This document shows positions 59,728-64,000 of a stretch of DNA of 64,000 bases, one piece after another. The translations under genes and the position numbers were made by a program. A model generated the notes under the pieces. The model did no database searches. It saw nothing but the letters and a program-made list of their open reading frames with translations, and had not been told where the DNA came from. Every line of letters starts with the position of its first letter. Position 1 is the first letter of the stretch. The stretch comes from Mytilus galloprovincialis (lineage: Eukaryota). The DNA is taken from positions 69,910,935-69,974,934 of the forward strand of contig NC_134847.1 in the NCBI RefSeq assembly GCF_965363235.1. Reading direction: 5' to 3'.

Positions 59728-60675
59728 AAATGTAGGGTCCAATTATTTTGAAAAATAAAGAAGATATACATGATATATTAGGCCAAGAACATACAAAAAT
59801 TCTAGGACATGTGTTGACCATATTATACCAGACAGATCATAAGATGTATAATTCTTTGGGAAAAGTTTCTTCAAATAACATGAATGTGCGCTCATTTTTA
59901 TTTAAAAAGTGGTTTTAATGTCGTTACATTGAGGGGATACCCCTAGGTGTTGTTCCCAACCTGATAAAGGTCTTTTTTTGTGCATAATTTTAAATTTGAA
60001 AAGTCAACAATTATTTAATATCCTTACACATGAAATTAATTCCTGGTCTTGCAGCTACATGTTCATCTTTTCTACTGATATATAATAACTAGAATCATGC
60101 AAATAAACTTAAGAAATAGGCATGTAAGCTCATCTTACAAATATGACACTTTTTCTAGACCACAAAACAGCACACGCAAATAGTCGTCGCAAGGAATTGT
60201 AACCTTTGAAATTGTTGTCGCGCACTAAAACCCCCATGGGCACTTTCAAAACTTGGCAGGTATGTGTTACATATAACACAGATTCTGTATAAAGTATTTT
60301 GATGCTTTGTCTTTCCTATAAATTTTGCATGACCAAACATAGATATATATGTGGAGAGTCTTTCTATTATATTGAATATGCTATCAAAACTTAAGGCCTA
60401 TAAAAATGGTCCAAATTAGATGGGCAGAGATACTGATAATGTTGCTGTTGGCTTTTGAAACTTTTAACACTAATGGACTTGTAGGCTTGGTAATTTATTC
60501 TGTAACTATTTCATGAACAAATAATACAGAATAGAATAACACTTAAAAGTTTTAAACCAAATTGAAAGTTACTGTACAACCCAGAACTGTTTGAATGAAT
60601 TTATGTTCCAATGTTTTATATAGTCAAAAAGTTCAGAATAAATACACACTAGAAACGGTAACCTGTTATTAAAAT

Positions 60676-60800
60676 AAAGAGATGTGGTATGATTGCCAAG
60701 GAGACAAATATTCACCAGACAAATTGATATGGATAGCTATAGGGTGTAAGCAATTATAGTCAACCATACAGCCTTCAACAATTAGAAAAACCAATATTGT
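60676..60800 (+). mobile_element. SINE-like family 5' fragment.
   Basis: aaagagatgtggtatgattgccaaggagacaaatattcacc...caaccatacagccttcaacaattag. Confidence 0.45.
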
Positions 60801-61429
60801 ATAATTGACTATTAAAGCTAATACTAAGTTATGTTGGTAAAATATTTTTAGAAATCTGAAAGAATAAATATGTCTAGCTATAAAATGATAATAAAATGTT
60901 TAAGAATATTATGATTTAAAATCAGAATTTGATTTGTGCATTTAAATTATTATTGTTAATTTTCTATAGCAAACAAAAAATGATTATTTTAATTAATATA
61001 ATTTCTGTGTAAATTGTAGAATAATTATTACTCTACAAGTTTTTCATCCTGTCTAGTTTTCCACATTAGTATCTGAAATGATCTGTATGCCAAGCAACAT
61101 ATATGGTAGCTAAAATATATTTCTTTTATACCAGTATGTCATGTTACAGTGAGTTGACTGTTAGTGTTGCTCTCCACCAATTGCAACTCATTCAAAATTT
61201 TGACCAAATTGCAATTTGTTTTATAAAATCAAATTGTTCAACTGGTCAGAAATTTGAACCAACTGCTGTAGAAAACCACAGCCAAGTCATGAAAGTGCAA
61301 GGTGATAAAATAAAACTTACTTACAATCCTATAAGACTTTAATTCCACTTTAATGATGTTGTGACAAAATTAGTTTATCAGTTTGTATAGTTATATTATA
61401 TTCATTTCCATGCTGAAGGGGAACTGTTT

Positions 61430-61810
61430 ATTTAGAATTGCTATTAAATTGTCCAAACTAAGCTTTCATATAGTTTTTCTTTCTAAAAGTATTCTATATT
61501 TATAAGAATCAGACATTATGTGAATTAAAACATTTCATATTCAGTAAAATATGTGTAAAATTGCAATATATGTTTGTAGGAAGTTTCCATGGGGGAGATA
61601 ATAACTTTTCTTTCAAAAAGTCTTTATTCAAAAGAATAATATTTTAGGTTATCTCCCCTGAAAACTTATCAATAGCATATTGTTATTTCACACATATTTT
61701 ACTGAATATATGATGTTTTATTTAAAATGATATCTGATTCTTATAAATAAAAAATACTTTTAGAAAGAAAAACTATATGAAAGCTTAGTTTGGACAATTC
61801 TTATTCATAT
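61430..61810. repeat. Large palindrome with arms of about 150 bp (61440-61590 and 61650-61800) around a GGGGGAGATAA/TTATCTCCCC core.
   Basis: aattgtccaaactaagctttcatatag and tatttataagaatcagacattat have reverse complements in the right arm. Confidence 0.55.
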
Positions 61811-62074
61811 TTCGCCTTCGGTCTCAAGTAATGAATTAGCTTAACTTCTCTATGAGGGGTGAAGCTTACATATAATATCTCTGTTTAAAGAAACGAACTA
61901 TACCACCAGACCATACCTGGCCAGTGACCTTGACCCTAGTATATAAGCACCTGTTCCATAATAACTTGTCATTATTTTTCTTGAGGGTTTGAAGTGAACA
62001 CTTCACGTAAGTACTTTTTAGTTATTTTATTTTTATCTTAAATTTGGGAGAAAGTTATTAAAGTTACATTAACT

Positions 62075-62310
62075 TGTCTACGATGTACGACAAGTTCTAT
62101 TGTTATTTTGTTATTTACAAATAATAATTCCTCAATTGTCTACGATGTATGACAAGTGTTGATGGAAATGAATTTAAAAATTTCTTGTCTACGATGTATG
62201 ACAAGTGTTCATGGAAATTAATTAAATATTTTATTGTCTACGATGTATGACAATTTTATATATTCATTAAGTTTTTGCCTTAGTACGATGTACGGCAATT
62301 ACTTTTTCAT
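62075..62310. repeat. Five tandem copies of a 55-60-bp unit containing TTGTCTACGATGTAYGACAAG (TTGTC...GACAA palindromic).
   Basis: Read directly. Confidence 0.6.
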
Positions 62311-64000
62311 ACCCCTGTTTGTTAAACAGGTAGATATTTAAAAGTATTTCTATTCACCTGAAGGTCGTGAGTACTCTTCACAATTTACACGTGTTTTACC
62401 TGCACAGGTACACATTTTTGTATTACAATGGCTGAATTTGTTTATGCAAATGTTTTGTTTTTGCAAGATGTTTAGAATGATGTTTACACTTACAAGGGTG
62501 ATGGTTATGATTTTCATCACCTCTGGAATGTTTTAGAAATTAAAGATGATAAATTTAATAGGAAAACAAGAGGTATTTTGAATAAATCCTCTTCTTTAAC
62601 AGATATAAAACCTAGTAGTTTTATAATAAATCATAATGGCATGGCAATTGGAAATAATTGACAAAGCAACAGAACCTGTAAAATTAGTAATTTTTAAAAT
62701 CTAGTGCTACTTGTATAACTTCAAAATCTACTTGATTTGTGAATGTTTCTCACGAAAGTGCTGTTGAGATTTAAGATAGGCATGTATATTGATACATTTA
62801 CTCATTATTATTAATGACTATGTAGTAAAGAACCTGTATGAATCATAAGGTTTGAGACAGTTTCACTGCCTTCAACTCTAGCAGAGTTTGTAGAGAAACC
62901 TGCTGCTATATTTGAAAATTAGAGGCTTACTTTAATGAAGATTTAGTTCTAATTTATTTTTTTTTATCTGATCTACTGAAATGATACGTGTATGTACCTC
63001 CTTTTGGAGTTTGTGCCATGGCTGATGATAGTCCAGCCGGAGTTGAATTTGATACATCTTTTGATCCTGCATTAAGGTTTTCAGAAGCCTTTAAGGCTTC
63101 TTTTATTGAGATTAATGGTCCATTATCTCATCCTGTTTGTTGAACAGTTTAATCATGATTTTGATAAAATCAGGAAAATATAAAGTTCATAGAGGAAATA
63201 CTATCACACTGAGACTGTGACAATCCTAGTGTGTCTAGGATAAATAATAAATCGATATGGCACTGCCTAGACAGGCCCACTCTGTGGTTTCAAAGATGCA
63301 GGAAACCCAGAGATACTTTTTTAAGGGGTTGATCATCACCCCTATTGTTGAGTTGGCTATTTCTTGTTGTAAGAATGAGCCATTGGATCTTGATAATACA
63401 AGGATTTTATTGTAAAATTCTTTTTGTTTGTTTGACCATGGGTTTCTGGTTAAACCCATAGGAGATGCTCAGAAATATTTAGATGATAATACTTATTTGT
63501 AATTCTGTTGTGATAGTTGCTTTATCACATTTCTAGTTACGATTGCAAAAAGCAAACTTAGTGTTTATACAAAGATTCTGAAGCAAATTATAGATTCCTT
63601 GGAAGAGGTTCCAGGTCTAGCAATTAATTTACTCCCAGCTGTTATGGGAAAGGCAATATCAGTTTTTTAACTGCAGAGGCTCTGTTGGTCAACAGAGCGA
63701 CTATATTAGTAGGCATTTCCCTTCATTGAGAGGGAGAGGTTTCCAAAAAGGGAACAGAGAATCTCGAAGAGGTCACATTTCTCAACCAGTTGCTATATAT
63801 ACAGTAGATAACTTAAATATTATGATTTGGAAAATGTTACTAATGATCTATTGATATTAGATTTATTAAGAAATGGTTATAAAATTATTTTTAATGATGT
63901 ACCACAAGGTTTATCATTTCTGAATTAAATACATTTCACCTTTCATAAGGATGAATTTATTTCAGAAGTCCAAAAATTGATAGCTAAGGGAGCTATTTAA

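Noticed and set aside
61103-61342. ORF 79 aa (+), a candidate additional PARP4-like exon with acceptor catgttacag and donor GTGATA.
   Set aside because: The incoming phase does not match the phase-0 exit of exon 25, and there is no recognisable similarity. It might be part of a real downstream exon chain, but it is unsupported.
63016-63144. Short ATG-initiated ORF (MADDSPAGVEFDTSFDPAL...) with a GT after ...ALR.
   Set aside because: Only 42 codons, no recognisable domain, and no supporting upstream or downstream exon. It cannot be supported from sequence alone.

Overview
This window is eukaryotic nuclear DNA, not prokaryotic. It is AT-rich, has GT-AG introns, and carries many interspersed repeats. 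Two features point to a bivalve mollusc, possibly Mytilus-like: GGGCCC-containing satellites of roughly 130-170 bp, and a recurring SINE-like head AAGATGTGGTATGATTGCCAATGAGACAAC. This taxonomic call is recollection, not a database search. There are no operons, CRISPR arrays or prokaryotic defence loci. There are two + strand protein-coding genes. The first is a secreted mucin-like gene at 5163-14443: signal peptide, PAN/apple-like exon, EGF-like exon, then a 5.7 kb exon of about nineteen 121-aa Thr/Ser-rich tandem repeats, with decayed repeat copies continuing to about 15650. The second is a PARP4 (vault PARP) ortholog at 23990 to beyond 58679, with at least 25 exons encoding BRCT, PARP helical and catalytic (H-Y-E retained), VIT and vWA domains. 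The roughly 10 kb first intron of the PARP4-like gene holds a satellite-bearing non-autonomous composite element, and nested inside that is an apparently intact 7.3 kb Ngaro-type (DIRS-order) tyrosine-recombinase retrotransposon on the minus strand at 26311-33646. It has intact Gag (two CCHC knuckles plus a SAP-like motif), RT-RNaseH and YR ORFs and the diagnostic split direct repeats A1-ORFs-B1-A2-B2. A second, uninterrupted copy of the host element at 50643-52296 serves as an in-window empty site for the Ngaro insertion. Other content: a type-I hammerhead ribozyme motif inside a dispersed repeat (1008-1053), a 5'-truncated CR1/L2-like LINE (16380-18527), two foldback elements with subrepeat-rich inverted arms, several MITEs and palindromic hairpin elements, at least seven same-orientation copies of a SINE-like family, an intronic 53-bp satellite of about 80 copies (41930-46200), and several mini- and microsatellites. 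All coordinates were indexed by hand from the printed sequence, so boundaries are good to about plus or minus 5 bp.
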